From: Haliotis rubra
Lineage: Eukaryota
Length of the DNA stretch: 64,000 bases
Assembly (NCBI RefSeq): GCF_003918875.1
Contig: NW_025767355.1
Coordinates: 62,001-126,000, forward strand
Direction: 5' to 3'
The notes beneath the pieces are model-generated. The model saw nothing but the letters and a program-made list of their open reading frames with translations. It did not search any database and was not told where the DNA came from. Every line of letters starts with the position of its first letter. Position 1 is the first letter of the stretch. Shown one piece after another: positions 12,639 to 25,990 of the stretch. A program made the position numbers and the translations under genes.

Positions 12639-15600
12639 ATGTACAAAGTGGAGACAGTCTTGAAGAATGTGGCGACCAAGTGTGGAGAAGGGCCCCACTG
12701 GGAGGACTCCACACAGACGTTGTTGTTTGTCGACCTTGACATCGGCAAGATCTTCAGATACAATCCCGCAACCCGCACCAACGACATGATCCAGCTCAGT
12801 AAGTGTCTCCCACTCCTGACTTCATAAAAACAAGAGCCCTCACACAACCCCGCCATCCGCACCAACGACATGATCCAGCTCAGTGTCTGAACACTTTGAC
12901 CACCTAACGAGACATACACTCCAAAGCCCACTAAATAACACCCAAACACAACGCCTTAGGTATATTACTAATCGAAACCGGGTTTCAAGGTCGCATATAA
13001 TCCCACATAACCAACAAATACCAATGATTATACAAAGTAAATAAAACCACAAAATGCATAACCCGACAGAACGAAAAAACCAAAACCCCATAAACCCCCA
13101 AAACCCAAAGCCAACAAAACAAAAACAAATACATGTATCACCCAAACCCCTAATTCAGCTCCCACTACCCATTATGATAAATTTCCAAATTCAAAATTCA
13201 TAAAAAGAATAGTTATGCAACCCCAACGCCCCTTCGGATAGTATTATATTCTAAAGGAAAACGTAATTGTTTCTAACATAAATTGCATGAAATACAAGTT
13301 ATAAAATGACCCTGAGTAAACATGAAGCAAAGCACTTTGCCACGTATCGCGCGTGGCACGTGCACTTTGTGCACAATGAACTTACTCACTCTTTGCATGT
13401 TTTTTTTTTGTACCTGAAGTTCACACACCTGATATTAAAAACTGGAGAACGGTTAACTATTCTCTAACCTCAGAATGTTGTGGAAAATTTCAACCTAAAC
13501 TGCGCGTACGTCATGCCACAGCTTACAGAAAATCAGCGTCTCTGCGCCGTGGGTATGCTGGAGACAGGAATGGCCCAAAATGAAGTGGCCATTTTGGTGT
13601 CCATCGAAACATGAACTCATCTCTATGGACACGTTTTCAACATAATGGGAACGTGAGAGTTTTGTCTCGGACCAGTCGTGCAGGCGTGCCGTCACGTCTG
13701 CAAGACAACCACAGCCACAGAATCGAATCCAGACTGCCAGTTTGAGTGCTCGGACCATTCCTAGCTTACGTCCAACCAGTTCCAGGACTGTACGGAACCG
13801 ACTGAGGGAGCACAACAACCGGCCCCGACGGTCTGCAACGCGTCCACTTTTGCTCGAACGTTACCGACAGGCACGTCTTGTCTGGTGCAGATAGCATCTA
13901 CGGTACAGGAGACAGGATTGAGATGATATTTTGTTTACTGACGAGTCTTGATTTCATCTGGACAGCTTAGGTGGCAGTGCAAGGGTGTACAGACGGCGAG
14001 GTGAACGGTATACTGACGTCGGAAATTTGGTGGCGAGAGCCTTATGGTATGGGCGAGCATCATATCTCATGGTCGGACACAACTTGTCATTGTCAATGGC
14101 AATCTGACAGGTCTGCTATACAGGGATGAGATTATTAGGCCTCAGTCAAGCCATTCAGTCAAGGACAGAGACGTAACTTCACGCTTCAGCAAGATAATGC
14201 CCGTCCACATGTCGCCCGTGTTGTGACAGATTTCCTGAGACAGCAGAACATTCCGGTACTCCCCTAACCAGCTGTTTCTACGGACCTGTCCCCTATCGAG
14301 CACGCTTGGGATGAAATGGTGCGACGTTAATGTCAAGCCTAGAATCAGCCATTGACGAAAGCTGAATTTGGGACAAGCGTAGGTTCAAACATGGAACCAC
14401 ACTCCCAAAGCTTTCTTCAATCGCTTAGTGGCGCCTGTGCGTCGTTGTTGTAAACCTGCATCAACGTCAATGGTGGACACACACGATACTGAATTTGTGG
14501 ACTGACTGTAGACATATTCAACAGCGTGTCACGATGCCTACAGACTGTAGTATCAAATCATACTGATATCGATACGGTCCTGTCAAGAGATAAACAGTGA
14601 TTAAGGAAAACACCACAAATCATGTTACTATCTCTTCGCATCAAAACACACCATCAAATAATGTACAGTTACTTTATTCCAGTAGTATATCTTTCGGTCA
14701 AATTACTCCTCTTGCGATCAAAACCCGTTAAGATCTGGGTTAGAATTGTTCTTCAGTAGCCCATGCTTGGGGGATTTAGGGGATCGGGTGGTCAGGCTCT
14801 CTGACTTGGTTGACATGTCAGCGTATCTCAGCTGTGTAGAACGATGCCTATGCTGTTGATCGCTGGATTGTTTGGTCCAGACTCGATTATTTACAGACCG
14901 CCACCGCAGAGCTGGAATATTGCTGAGTGCGGCGTTGCAAACCAACCGTCTTTCGATCAAGCACTAAATGTCTGGTGGGCACGTGTCCGAAATACGTAAT
15001 ATGTCGGAAAGCGCACATAAAATCTCCAAATCATCATCTACATCATGTTACATTCCTGCTTGTATCGGTACTGCAATCTGTATCGCAGCTATGGACCTTT
15101 CAGCCAAATGTTTAGGTCTGCTCTTAATGGAGCAGATAAATGCAAAAATGACCCAAAATAGTTCACGTATTCACGCAAGCATAAAATTTGGCAAATACAT
15201 TCTCAAAGGACCACTCTTTCATAAAAGGGCGTTAGCCACGCAAAAATCCAAGATGGCTGCCTCTTTTTTCATGATGGCTGCCATCCATTGGCCAATTGCT
15301 TCACCATCGAGAATAGGGATGTTACTGATGCATTTATCATGGTTTATAATCCCATTCAATCACCAGTTCATCGTGGTGGCTTTTACATGAGTTGTTCATG
15401 GACTTACCCGGAAAGAACAAGGAACTACCCATCGACATTCTAAGGGAAACTAAAGGGAAACTCCCTTTCCAGTGTACATGGGTATGGTAATCTTTGCCAA
15501 AACCAGGAAGAGAAGCCTCGTAGAAATACGTCATGATCATGGCATGAGCATTTCGTATGACAGGGTGCTGGAGATATCAGTCCAACTTGGAGATGCCACA

Positions 15601-18600
15601 GTTAGCACGTATGTGCAGGAGTGTGTGGTCTGTCCACCTGTTCTTAGAAAGGGTTTGTTCACCACTGCGGTCATGGACAACATTGACCCCAACACTTTTG
15701 CAACCACTGCTACTACCTTTACAAATATCCTTCCTGCTTCATTGAAGTCAAAGAACCCAACACCGCCAAATGGTACAGTGCCAATGCCAACCACAGACCT
15801 GCTTAGACCACAAATGGCCCTGGACTATGAGCATAGGCGGATCCCAGAGTGGGGGTGCGACCACCCCCCACCCCCCATTTTGTCCTGAAAGTTTATTAAA
15901 TGACCAATGAAACTCTGGTGAAAATGAAGTGTGCACCCTCCCTTTTCTCAAGTGAGTATCACTCCTTTGCTGCCACTTCCCAGAGACGAGGCTCACTCTG
16001 TAGCTGCAGTGAAGCACGTAATGCAGAAGGTGTGTGACACCTGTACCTGTCATTACAGCCTTGGCAAAACTGGTGCAGTGGCAATGGCCAATACCTTGTC
16101 AGTGGTTGTACTGGCGCCTTAGTAGAAACAGGTGTGGCTTCTTCTGGCACTGTAGATTTATTTCTGGCAGCTTCAAGTGTCACTAAGACACGACAAATGC
16201 ACCAGGTCACTGCCTGCAGCTATTAAAAGTTGCTACAATGTGCCTACAACAGTTATTGCACAGAACAAGCAGAGATCAATGAAGACGTATTGGGCTTTGA
16301 GGAATGGTGTCAGAACAAAAGCCAACAAAGTCAGCAATTTCAATTCTGGCATTTGGTATTGTCAATGGAACTTACAGTCTTCGTGCTGATCAGATCATTC
16401 CGTGAAGCCAACTTCAGCATAGACTGTCAGGCATTGAGGGAGTTGATACCATACCTGTTTGCCAATAACAACACCAATTATGCCCGATTGTTGCCTATTC
16501 ATCTGAGGGACATCCTGATTTTGGAAAGTAAGCACCCTGCACTGGTGCAGGAATTCAAGATGGGCAACTTTGTTGTGCACAAGACCAAGCATGACTTCTC
16601 AGCGCTTGCTCCTGATCAGGCCCATGAACAGGCCAATGCTGCCATTAAGGCTGACGGTGGAGCCATTGGCCTTACTGAAAATCCATCAGCCCTGAGGAGC
16701 TGGATGGTCTCTGGCCCTGAGGTGAGTCATCTGGTGTTCCTCTATGAAATGGAGGCACAAACAAAAGAGGCCAGCGAGCACTGTTTTCACCATGAGCAGA
16801 CATCACATGCCCAGAAGACATTCCTAGAAAGGGTCCAGAAACTCTCTCAGGTCCTGCAACTTGGAAACCTTTTCGAGGAAGTAGATTTGTTTTCAATAGA
16901 CACCAAAGATGTAGCTCATCCCAGCTCTGCGGAGCTTGTTCACACTCACTTGCAGAAAGGTAGCACACAATACCAAAACTTTGGGAAAAGATTGGAAGAT
17001 AACCCAACATCATTCTATGAGAACATCAGAAAGGAAAGACTTGACTTCTTCTGTCAAGATAGGCCTTTTACAGAACCATCAAAACAGAAACAACTGCCAG
17101 AAGACTGTCAGCTGTTTTCCAAGCTGTTCATCGCCTGTCAGATCAGGGAGTGCAACCTGCAGGAGTTCGTTCAGCACGAAAATCAATCATTCCCTGCATC
17201 TCTAGGTGATGGTGGAAAGATATATAGCTGTCAAAAGTCCCAACTGACCTCCATACTTGAGAAACACATCACGCCTCCAGACCAAGAGCCAGAGGCAGAT
17301 GACATCATCATTGATGGTTCAGCTTTGATCCATGCACTGCCACCGAAAGGTCCAAGACATTTGCAGACTATGCAGCCCTTGACTTTCTGTCAACTATTAG
17401 TGCATATGCCAGTGCATACAAGACAACACATGTTGTCTTTGATATGTACAGTCCATTAAGTCTGGAAGCAGACACAAGGCACAATGACAACAAGTCGGAG
17501 GTGTTTCACTTTCTGGCAGACAGGATTGTCTAGATGTCTGCACAAACTTGGTTATTGTGACCAAGGGACACAAAGCACTTGTCACACAGAAAGTGAGTCT
17601 GACTGAACTGGACGAATGTTCTCAAGAGGAGGCAGACAGTCGCATCTTTGTTCATGCCAGATATGCTGCAACCCAAGTGAGCAAATCCATCATAATCAAA
17701 GCCAATGACACAGAGGTCCTTGTGATTGGCCTGAGTATGTTCCCAACACAGCAAAGCATGGGTCTGCAGCAGCTGTGGCTCTTATTTGGCCAAGGTCAGA
17801 GCCTTCGATGAATTGGCATTCACAACCTGCACAACTCTGTTGGTCAAGAGAAGGCCAAAGGCATGTTGTTCTTCCATAATTTTACGGGTTGTGATGTGGT
17901 GTCAGCTTTAAGCAATAAAGGGGAAAAGACTTGGCAAACATTGGACATTTTCCCAGAGGCAACACCATTATTTGCCAGATTGAGCCAGCATCCACCAACC
18001 ATTGAGGATGATGACATTGAGACCCTAGAGAAGTTTGTGGTCCTCATGTATGACAGGTCTAGCACTGTTGTTGGTGTGGATGAGGCTAGACCCGACTTAT
18101 TTACCAGAAAGCAGAGACCATATGAAGCCATCCCTCCAACCAGAGCAGCTCTTATTCAACACGCTAAACGTGCAGCATATCAGGCAGGTTGTGTGTGGGC
18201 TGAGGGAATTCTGCGCCAGCCAGAAGCAGAGATTCCAGCTGACTGGGGATGGGAGAAGATTGGCGAAGATTGGAAAACCTTCTGGACAGAAACTTCTCCA
18301 TTGCAAAGAGTTGTGAACAGCTCACTAAGTGTGGCTGCAAGTCTGGCTGTTGTGGCAGGTGCAAATGCTACTGGTTTGGTCTCACATACACAACCTTGTG
18401 CAGTTGCAAATGTGAAGTGTAGAATCTCTGTTATTCTGGGTGCAGTTGTTAGTTCAGGTACAATTTCGACTGGTGTTTTTGGTGCTAAAACTGCCCTTTG
18501 ATTTATGTATTGTTTTGGTATTGTAATAAAACAACTTCATTTTGTCATAAAATTAAAATAAGTTGTTTTACTTGAAGTAGTTACAACTTACAAAGTAATT

Positions 18601-21600
18601 ATTAGTAATTTTTAGTGTAGACGGCGGCCATCTTGGAAATGGTAGCCATCTTGGATTTTTGCGTGGCTAATGTCCTGTTTTGAAAGACTGGACTCCAATG
18701 AACATTTGTCCCAAATTTCATGCTTGCATGATTAAGTGAACTATTTCTGCACTTATCTGCTCCACTATCTGGGATTGTTCTACGGCGGCGCGGTAGCCTA
18801 GTGGTCAAAGCGTTCGCTCGTCACGCTGAAGACACGGGTTCGATTCCTCACTTAGGTACAATGCATGAAGCCCAATTCCGGTGTCCCCCGCCGTGATGTT
18901 GCTGGAATATTGCGGCGTAAAACCATACTCATTCACTCACTCAACCTTTGCTGAGTTTGCTGGGCTGAACGAAACTTTGTTTGATAGGTGGTGTTCCCAA
19001 GTTTTTGTCTGGTTGGTTTCAACGTGTTTCGTATCTGAGCGTAAATACGTCGCTCTTGTGAATGGTAGGTCACAACCTCCGTGCGAAATGGTTAATGAAA
19101 AACTAGCTTTTATAACACAGTCGCCAAGGCTCTTTGTGAGAGTAAAGGACTTATATTTTGTTAATAAAGGCTCTGTGTCTGCTACAGGTGGCAGTTCCAG
19201 TGTTTAGTCCACTATGTTCACTACTATTACCACAGCAGGTGTTACTTGTACCGCCACCTTTTGTTCGCTGACATTGCGATTACTTTGCAGCTATTCATAT
19301 GGATTGTATATCTTGTTACTTTCATACTGGTGCAACATATTTGTGTTATTTACTGGTTTTAAACTGAATTCCTTTGCACGTTCTGTAAGTCGCCACACTT
19401 ACACCTGCAACGTCATATATTACACCTGCAACTTACATTTACACCTGCAGCGTCATACATTACACCTGCAACATATATATTACACTTGCAACTTTTTATA
19501 TTACACCTACAACTTCATATATTAAACCTGCAACTATATAAATTACACCTGCAACTTTATAAATTACACCTGCAACTTTATATATACACCTGCAACTTTA
19601 TATATTGCACCTGCAACTTTATATATTACACCTGCAACTTCATATGTTTCACCTGCAACTTTATATATTACACACGCAATTTTATACTTACACAAGTAAG
19701 TCCATATATTACACTCGCAGTTCCTCATGTTACACCTGTAACTTTAAATGTTACAAACTTCTCATGTAACTGTCCATTTTTCACCCACATCTTCATATTT
19801 AAACTTGTAACCTCATATTTTGCACATGCATCTTCATATATTTCACAAGCAAATTCATGTATACTAAATCAAAAAACTCCCACATCCCACACGCACCTTT
19901 ATGAATTACACTTACAACTTCATTATTTACAGGTACAGCCTTCTATAGTTCATTACCAATTAAACTTATTTACACAGTTTTAATATAACACATATAACTT
20001 CATAATTATACATGCAACCTGTCATTGTACAACATCTTGCCTGATGATGAAATGTGTCTTCACTCAGTTGATTCTACGTCACAGATGGGTGTGTAGGGTT
20101 CATCGTCCCCCGCAGTAAAGGGGGATTTGTGATCGGACTGGATCGAACCTTCTCAACTCTCGACTGGAACACCAAGACCGTCACCAAGTTGGCGGAAGTG
20201 GAACCCGGGACCAACAACAGGATGAATGATGGGAAATGTGACCCAAGAGGACGTCTGTGGGCAGGTTAGTAACCACAGTTACCTTCAAAATGTAAATTGA
20301 TAGTTTCCATGGCAATGTATGGGATGATAAGCAAATCCTGGCATTTGAAGGTCGTAACTCGGCCAAGTACTTTCAACAGCTGATCTGGGTAGCATATACG
20401 TCCCTCAACCTAACTAATATCCTAACACAAAAGTCAACATAATGTGAATCGAATGGTAACATCATGATGTGACTAGGAAGGACGAACGCCTGTTTGCCTG
20501 ACTCTAGTATTTACAAGACATAGTGATACCACTTGAATGTCGCTCTCTGCAGCGTAAAAAATAATGCACTGACCCATCCCATAGATTCACGTTTTTCATC
20601 CAACCATCTCTTGTTAAAACGAAAATTCGTTGATCCAGAAATGTATTAATCTTGGCGACTTATGTGGGAATGATGTCTTTCGGATCAACCTAACTGAATC
20701 TTGTTCAGAAACAATCTGTGACCGGAAACAATCGTCGCAGTCCGCCCACAACTGGTATAAGAGTTGATATAAGTTGTAACAGTGCTTTACATTTAAACGA
20801 CCCAGCAAATCGTCACAATGTGATTATTATCTCAACTACAATATTATTACGTCGTTAATGTGATTGCTGCGTCAGGTGCAATGTGATTGTTGTATCAGGT
20901 ACAATGTGATTGCTGTGTCAGGTACAATGTGATTGCTGCGTCAGGTGCAATGTGATTGTTGTGTCAGGTACAATGTGATTGTTGTGTCAGGTACAATGTG
21001 ATTGTTGTGTCAGGTGCAATGTGATTGTTGTATCAGGTACAATGTGATTGTTGTGTCAGGTACAATGTGATTGCTGCGTCAGGTGCAATGTGATTGTTGT
21101 GTCAGGTACAATGTGATTATTGTGTCAGGTGCAATGTGATTGTTGTGTCAGGTGCAATGTGATTGTTGTGTCAGGTACATTGTGACTGTTGCGTCAGGTA
21201 CAATGCGATTGTTGTGTCAGCTTCATTGTGATTGTTGTGTCAGGTACAATGTGATTGTTGTGTTAGGTACAATGCGATTGTTGTGTCAGGTGCAATGTGA
21301 TTGGTGTGTCAGGTACAATGTGATTGTTGTGTCAGATACAATGTGATTGCTGTGTCAGGTACAATGAGATTGCTGTGACAGGTACAATGTGATTGTTGTG
21401 TCAGGTGCAATGTGATTGTTGTGTCAGGTACAATGTGATTGTTGTGTCAGGTACAATGTGATTGTTGTGTCAGGTACAATGTGATTGTTGTGTCAGGTGC
21501 AATGTGATTGTTGTGTCAGGTGGAATGTGATTGTTGTGTCAGGTGCAATGTGATTGATGTGTCAGGTAAAATGTGATTGTTGTGTCAGATACAATGTGAT

Positions 21601-24600
21601 TGCTGTGTCAGATACAATGTGATTGCTGTGACAGGTACAATGTGATTGTTGTGACAGGTACAATGTGATTGTTGTGTCAGGTACAATGTTATTGTTGTGT
21701 CAGGTGCAATGTGATTGTTGTGCCAGGTACAATGTGATTGTTGTGTCAGGTACAATGAGCAAGACACTGGAGGATTTCCAGGGCAACTTGTACTGTCTGG
21801 ACACGGATGGTTCAGTGACCAAGAAAGTAGAGCGAACTAGCATCTCTAATGGGCTGGCGTGGTCCCCAGACAACACCACCATGTACTTCGCCGACACGGC
21901 GCCACGTAAAGTGTACGCTTTCAACTATGACATAAACACTGGAGATATCAGTGAGTTATAAACTTATAGACACAATTTCATTAATTACACCAGATGGTTT
22001 TGCAGCGTGTTGTTTCAGAACATTAAATGATTTCCTACTAATCAACTGATTCTAGCATTTATCTCTTTGTTGGGTCCCATACCCAATTGAATTGACACGT
22101 GATTGACAATTGTGAATTGACACGGCACCTATGGCTAAATGCTTCATTTGAAAACTAAGAATGGCAACAGATAACTGATAGATAAATACTGACAGCTCCC
22201 TGTTTGCACTTGAGATGTGCTGAGAGTGCTACAACCACGTATGGATTTCTATCTATAGGATATCGTATATTTAAGTGCTGATACACACGACGGTCGGTGG
22301 AGTCGAACATCTGCATGTAATATGTAACAAAGTGTGTAACACCACACCGTATATATGTAACAGTCAATCTGTCAAACCAGTCATTTGGTCAAATGACTAA
22401 AACAATCAGTCATTTGGTCAAAAGACTAAAATTCTCAGTCATTGGACCAAGTGACTAAATCGTTTAAGTTAAAAAATGAAACACTTTATTCATCCAGTTT
22501 CAGCATAGAGCTTTGCATTAATTGTTTTGACAAGTGAGACTTGAATGACACCGGCTGTTGCACAGAAGATTGTTCTTAAAGCATGTGCATTTCTTGGTTC
22601 CACATCTTTTGCTACCAGCACACTTTACAAAACCCTGGCCACCTGATAAAAACTCGGCTCCAACAGTAGTACGAAAGGATACTGAAGTTTCAGTGTTGAC
22701 TTCTGATAAAGTTAAGAGTTTCTCTGGGCACAAATCGAACTGGTTCCTCGAGAACTTGCAATGTAGTCATAGTACTATTGTTTGTGGATGAACACCTTCT
22801 CTAGCTCCTCATACTTCTCATACAGCTTCCGCGTGAACGTCTCAGCGATTGAATCACCCATAACTGAATGTTCAGATGTGCAAAGCATTGGGAGAAAAGT
22901 CTTTTTATAGTGTGTAAAATGAAACCAGTAAATCTCAAGATCAAACAAATCTATCAATTCTGATGAAGCCTTTGAGTCAGAATGTGTTAACCACCCCTTT
23001 GTCTATACTTTCTTTTATTACTACAGAGTGTTTGTTTAAGAGAAACCATGTGCACCATGTGTTTTCTGTGAAAACCACATTGTTGAGACAACATTCAAAA
23101 CAAATACCTTGCATTTGATGGATTGACTAAAATTGTTCAGGCAATCAGTCTCAATAGATAGATCTCTATCTTTTTAGTCAACGGGATCGGGTGGTCAGAT
23201 TCACTGACTTGGTTGACACATGCCATCGTATCCCCATTGCGTAGATCGATGCTCATGCTGGTAATGGGTGGATTGTCTGGTCCAGAATTAATTATTTAGA
23301 GACCGCCGCCATAAAGCTGGAATATTGTTGAATGAAGCGTTAAACAACCAAGCAAAGAAACCAAACCAGCCAAGCCATTGACTGTACGCAGAGACTGCGT
23401 GGTTAGAGTTATATGCTGACTGTGATGATCTCCCGTTATCTTCACAACCGTGTGTCTTGACCCAAACGTCCGGCCTAGTTCCTGTCGTGTAGATGATTTA
23501 TCCGTCAAAACGTCCCATACACGTAAATAAAACATGTTTATGTTTCTTTTCAGCCAATAAAAGAGTAGCTGTAGACTTTGACAAAGTCCCGGAATTCCAA
23601 GGGAAGGTTCCCAGCCCTGACGGGATGACGATAGACATTGACGGCAACATATGGGTGGCCTGTTTAGGTGGTGGCTGCATGGCCAAATTTGATCCGAGAA
23701 CAGGTTCGAGACTTGGTTTGGTTGTCATCACTACAGCTGTGTTGTTTTTATCTGTTTAACTCGATGCACACAGGATTCAAACGTTGTCCTTGGAATACTT
23801 TTGAAGACGCTAAGCTGCACAGTCGTATGTCCATGCCTATGTGCAAAGTATACTGGACAAAATAAGTTAGGGATATTGGTATTTTTATGATTGATATTTT
23901 ACCAGTGTGTCAATGAATAAATATACTGAGTCAAAAAATAAACTTCACAAAATGTAATTTGAAAAATAATGAATAATTTTTCTCTGATGATACATCTATG
24001 TATCCGAAATGGGATCCCTATCTTTCGACACTAGAAAAACGTTAGCAAAACCCACTCAAACCCATCCATTCGTCGTGCAAATGACGTTAGTGCCAAGCCA
24101 AATCAGGTTTTGCACGTGCAGTCGATCACGTGGTCTTCGCATCGAAGTTTTCTTCATATGCACGTGTTTGCATTATCCTCAAGAATTGAAAAAACACTAG
24201 TAAACCACAGTTCTAACGGTACTTGAAATGCCACGATTGTCAAATGTGCAACGTGAACGTGCCGTTGGCATGTTGCAAGCGGGAAGATCAGTTATTGACG
24301 TCGCAAGAGCAATGGGATGCATCCGTCGTACTGTGTATGACTTGCGAGGTCGTCTACAACAAACTGGCACCACTTCTGATCGCCCAAGGTCGGGTCGTCC
24401 ACGTGTGACGTCACGAGCAGAAGACAGTCAAATCGTCCTACGTCACCTACGTGACAGATTTCTGCCGGCTACACGAACCAGGGCTGAGATGCTTAGAGGT
24501 CGACTGTCCTCACAGACCATTCGAAATCGGTTGCGGGCTGCCAATCTCCATTCTCGACGTCCATATCGTGGGCCAATATTGACGCCGTTTCATCAACGTC

Positions 24601-25990
24601 AACGTCTGCTGTGGGCCCAACGTCACCTCCGATGGACCCAGAGAGACTGGAATCGAGTCGTCTTTAGCGATGAATCCAGGTTTACCCTCAGATTCGCGGA
24701 CGGCAGGCATAGAGTCTGGAGACGACGTCGTGAACGGTATGCCCAATGTTGTGTACAGGAAGTCGACAGATTCGGGGGCGGAAGTTGCATGGTGTGGGGT
24801 GCTTTCTGTGGGAACAACCGTTCCCGATTTCTGGTCATCCGTGGAAAGCTCGCAGCTGCGCTTACCGCGACCAGGTGCTCACCCCTGAACTCATTCCTTT
24901 CATGGCGGCTCATGGCCCAGGTCTACAGTTCCAGCATGATAATGCTCGGCCGCATACCGCGATGTTGACACGAAATTTCCTTCAAAACGCTGGAATCAAC
25001 GTCATGGACTGGTCATCGAGGTCCCCTGACCGTAATCCAATAGAGCACGTTTGGGATGCACTTGGGAGAAGTGGTCTTAGGAACCAACCTCAGAATTTGC
25101 AGGAACTTGGCGCTGCCTTGCAAGAGCAATGGCGCAGAATCCCCAACCACGTGTTCACAAGCATCAGGCAGTCGATGAGGAGACGGTGTTTGGCAGTGGT
25201 AAATGCGCGGGGCGGCCATACACGATATTGAACTGAGAAATTTCGCATTTTTCTTCTTGTGACTTGCCATTCTGTATACCCATGTTTTGGAACGGCGGTG
25301 TAGCCTAATGGAACTGATTATGGCACTGTCAGTGTATCGAGTACATCACACAGATCTCAGCAATGAAATAATAACAATTTAACTATCTTACCATCTCTTG
25401 TTCTGTTATAGAGCCCTGAAGAAAGAATGTGAAGTTTCATTTTTGATTGAGTATAAATCATTATGCATAATTTCAAAATTTACACATATACCTAACTATT
25501 TTTGTCTAGTATATTTAGCTGTTGAATAATTTCCGTCCGAGAAATTTAAAAAACAGATTAAAAGTTAGAAAAGAGATGCAGCTTCTTACAAATATGATAG
25601 GATTATAAATGTACGGTACCCACCTATAACCGATACCTTGTGCTTGTTGGCCCTGCCTTTCCGTGTGAAACGTGACTTCTTTCGATATATGCCTGTAAAG
25701 AAAACACCTCAAACAAAAACGCTTGGTCATAATTCGTTATTCTTTCGCCTGAATACAGTTCTATAATGTCATTACCAGGGGCGGCGCTGCAGCAGGTAGA
25801 TCTGCCTGACGCTACTCAGATCACGTCGGCGGCGTGGGGAGGGAGGAACCTGGACGAGTTGTACGTCACCAGCCTCAGGAAGGAAATTCCAGACAGTGAG
25901 CTCCATACCGTCAACTCACAGGCCGGATCACTGTTCAGAGTTACCGGCCTTGGCGTTCGAGGCATCCCGGCATATGTCTACCAGGGCTGA
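12639..25990 (+). CDS. RGN: Regucalcin/SMP-30/gluconolactonase paralog 2, 300 aa; join(12639..12798,20085..20264,21750..21950,23554..23703,25779..25990)
   Basis: Five exons (160+180+201+150+212 = 903 nt) splice in frame with GT-AG phase-1 introns. Motifs GEGPHW, NRMNDGKCDPRGRLWAGTM, SNGLAWS, PDGMTID and GGRNLDELYVTS carry the equivalents of SMP30 E18, N103, N154 and D204. Confidence 0.93.
13245..14690 (+). mobile_element. Degenerate Tc1/mariner element (transposase pseudogene about 13513..14492)
   Basis: MPQLTENQRLCAVGML start, then LFTDES, QQDNARPH and DLSPIEHAW motifs and a GGHTRY* end, with stops and frameshifts. TIRs are decayed, so the bounds are approximate. Confidence 0.85.
14722..14947 (+). 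mobile_element. Retroposon family A copy (diverged)
   Basis: Homologous to 7443-7688. TSD tcttgcgatcaa/tctttcgatcaa. Confidence 0.85.
15125..18767 (+). mobile_element. Academ (AcademX) DNA transposon, internally deleted and frameshifted
   Basis: Imperfect TIRs of about 150 bp starting ta(a/g)tggagcagataa, with 3-bp TSD TCT. Broken ORFs (15472-18421) carry DNID and DQAHEQ transposase-type motifs, XPG/PIN-like EEADSRI and TGCDVVS, and a C-terminal Cys cluster KCGCKSGCCGRCKC...LCSCKC. Confidence 0.85.
18784..18942 (+). mobile_element. SINE family B
   Basis: A box tagcctagtgg, B box ggttcgattcc, family tail and (cact)n. Confidence 0.9.
19397..20020. repeat. 21-bp minisatellite (ttacacctgcaactttatata)n, degenerating rightwards
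   Basis: Tandem units clear at 19397-19680 and diverged to about 20020. Ends about 65 bp before exon 2 of paralog 2. Confidence 0.85.
20857..21757 (+). repeat. 23-bp minisatellite made of the exon-3 splice-acceptor junction (gtgattgttgtgtcag|gtacaat)n
   Basis: About 39 units. The last unit is the real acceptor (AG 21748-21749) plus the first exon bases GT ACA ATG. Confidence 0.95.
22357..23390 (-). mobile_element. Internally deleted Ginger/KRBA2-like integrase DNA transposon remnant
   Basis: Minus-strand FSRNQFDLCPEKLL...GGQGFVKCAGSKRCGTKKCTCFKNNLLCNSRCHSSLTCQNN* resembles the KRBA2/SCAND3-type C-terminus. Three subterminal palindromes agtcatttggtcaaatgact. Possible ends tgtaacagtcaat / attgactgt. 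Bounds uncertain. Confidence 0.6.
23179..23352 (+). mobile_element. Retroposon family A, 5'-partial copy
   Basis: aacgggatcgggtggtcag...gctggaatattg...gcgttaaacaaccaa matches the family A body and tail. Confidence 0.85.
23851..25511 (+). mobile_element. Tc1 (DD34E) transposon, near-intact, in intron 4 of paralog 2
   Basis: TIRs tact(g/a)gacaaaa..agttagg.atat with TA TSDs. Contains the transposase at 24228..25231. Confidence 0.95.
24228..25231 (+). pseudogene. Tc1 transposase with one frameshift near 24855
   Basis: HTH N-terminus with RSGRPR, then VFSDESRF, FQHDNARPH and SPDRNPIEHVW (34 residues between D and E) and GGHTRY*. Split across ORFs 24228..24968 and 24746..25231. Confidence 0.9.

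Noticed and set aside
16230-18501. Host XPG/tesmin-like gene
   Set aside because: Intronless, frameshifted and enclosed by TIRs with a 3-bp TSD, so it is an Academ transposase remnant.
18784-18860. tRNA gene
   Set aside because: A and B boxes are present, but the sequence runs into a SINE body and tail and occurs as several dispersed copies, so it is a SINE head.
23556-23561. AATAAA at the start of paralog-2 exon 4
   Set aside because: Explained by Asn-Lys codons at a conserved position, with no other evidence of premature polyadenylation.
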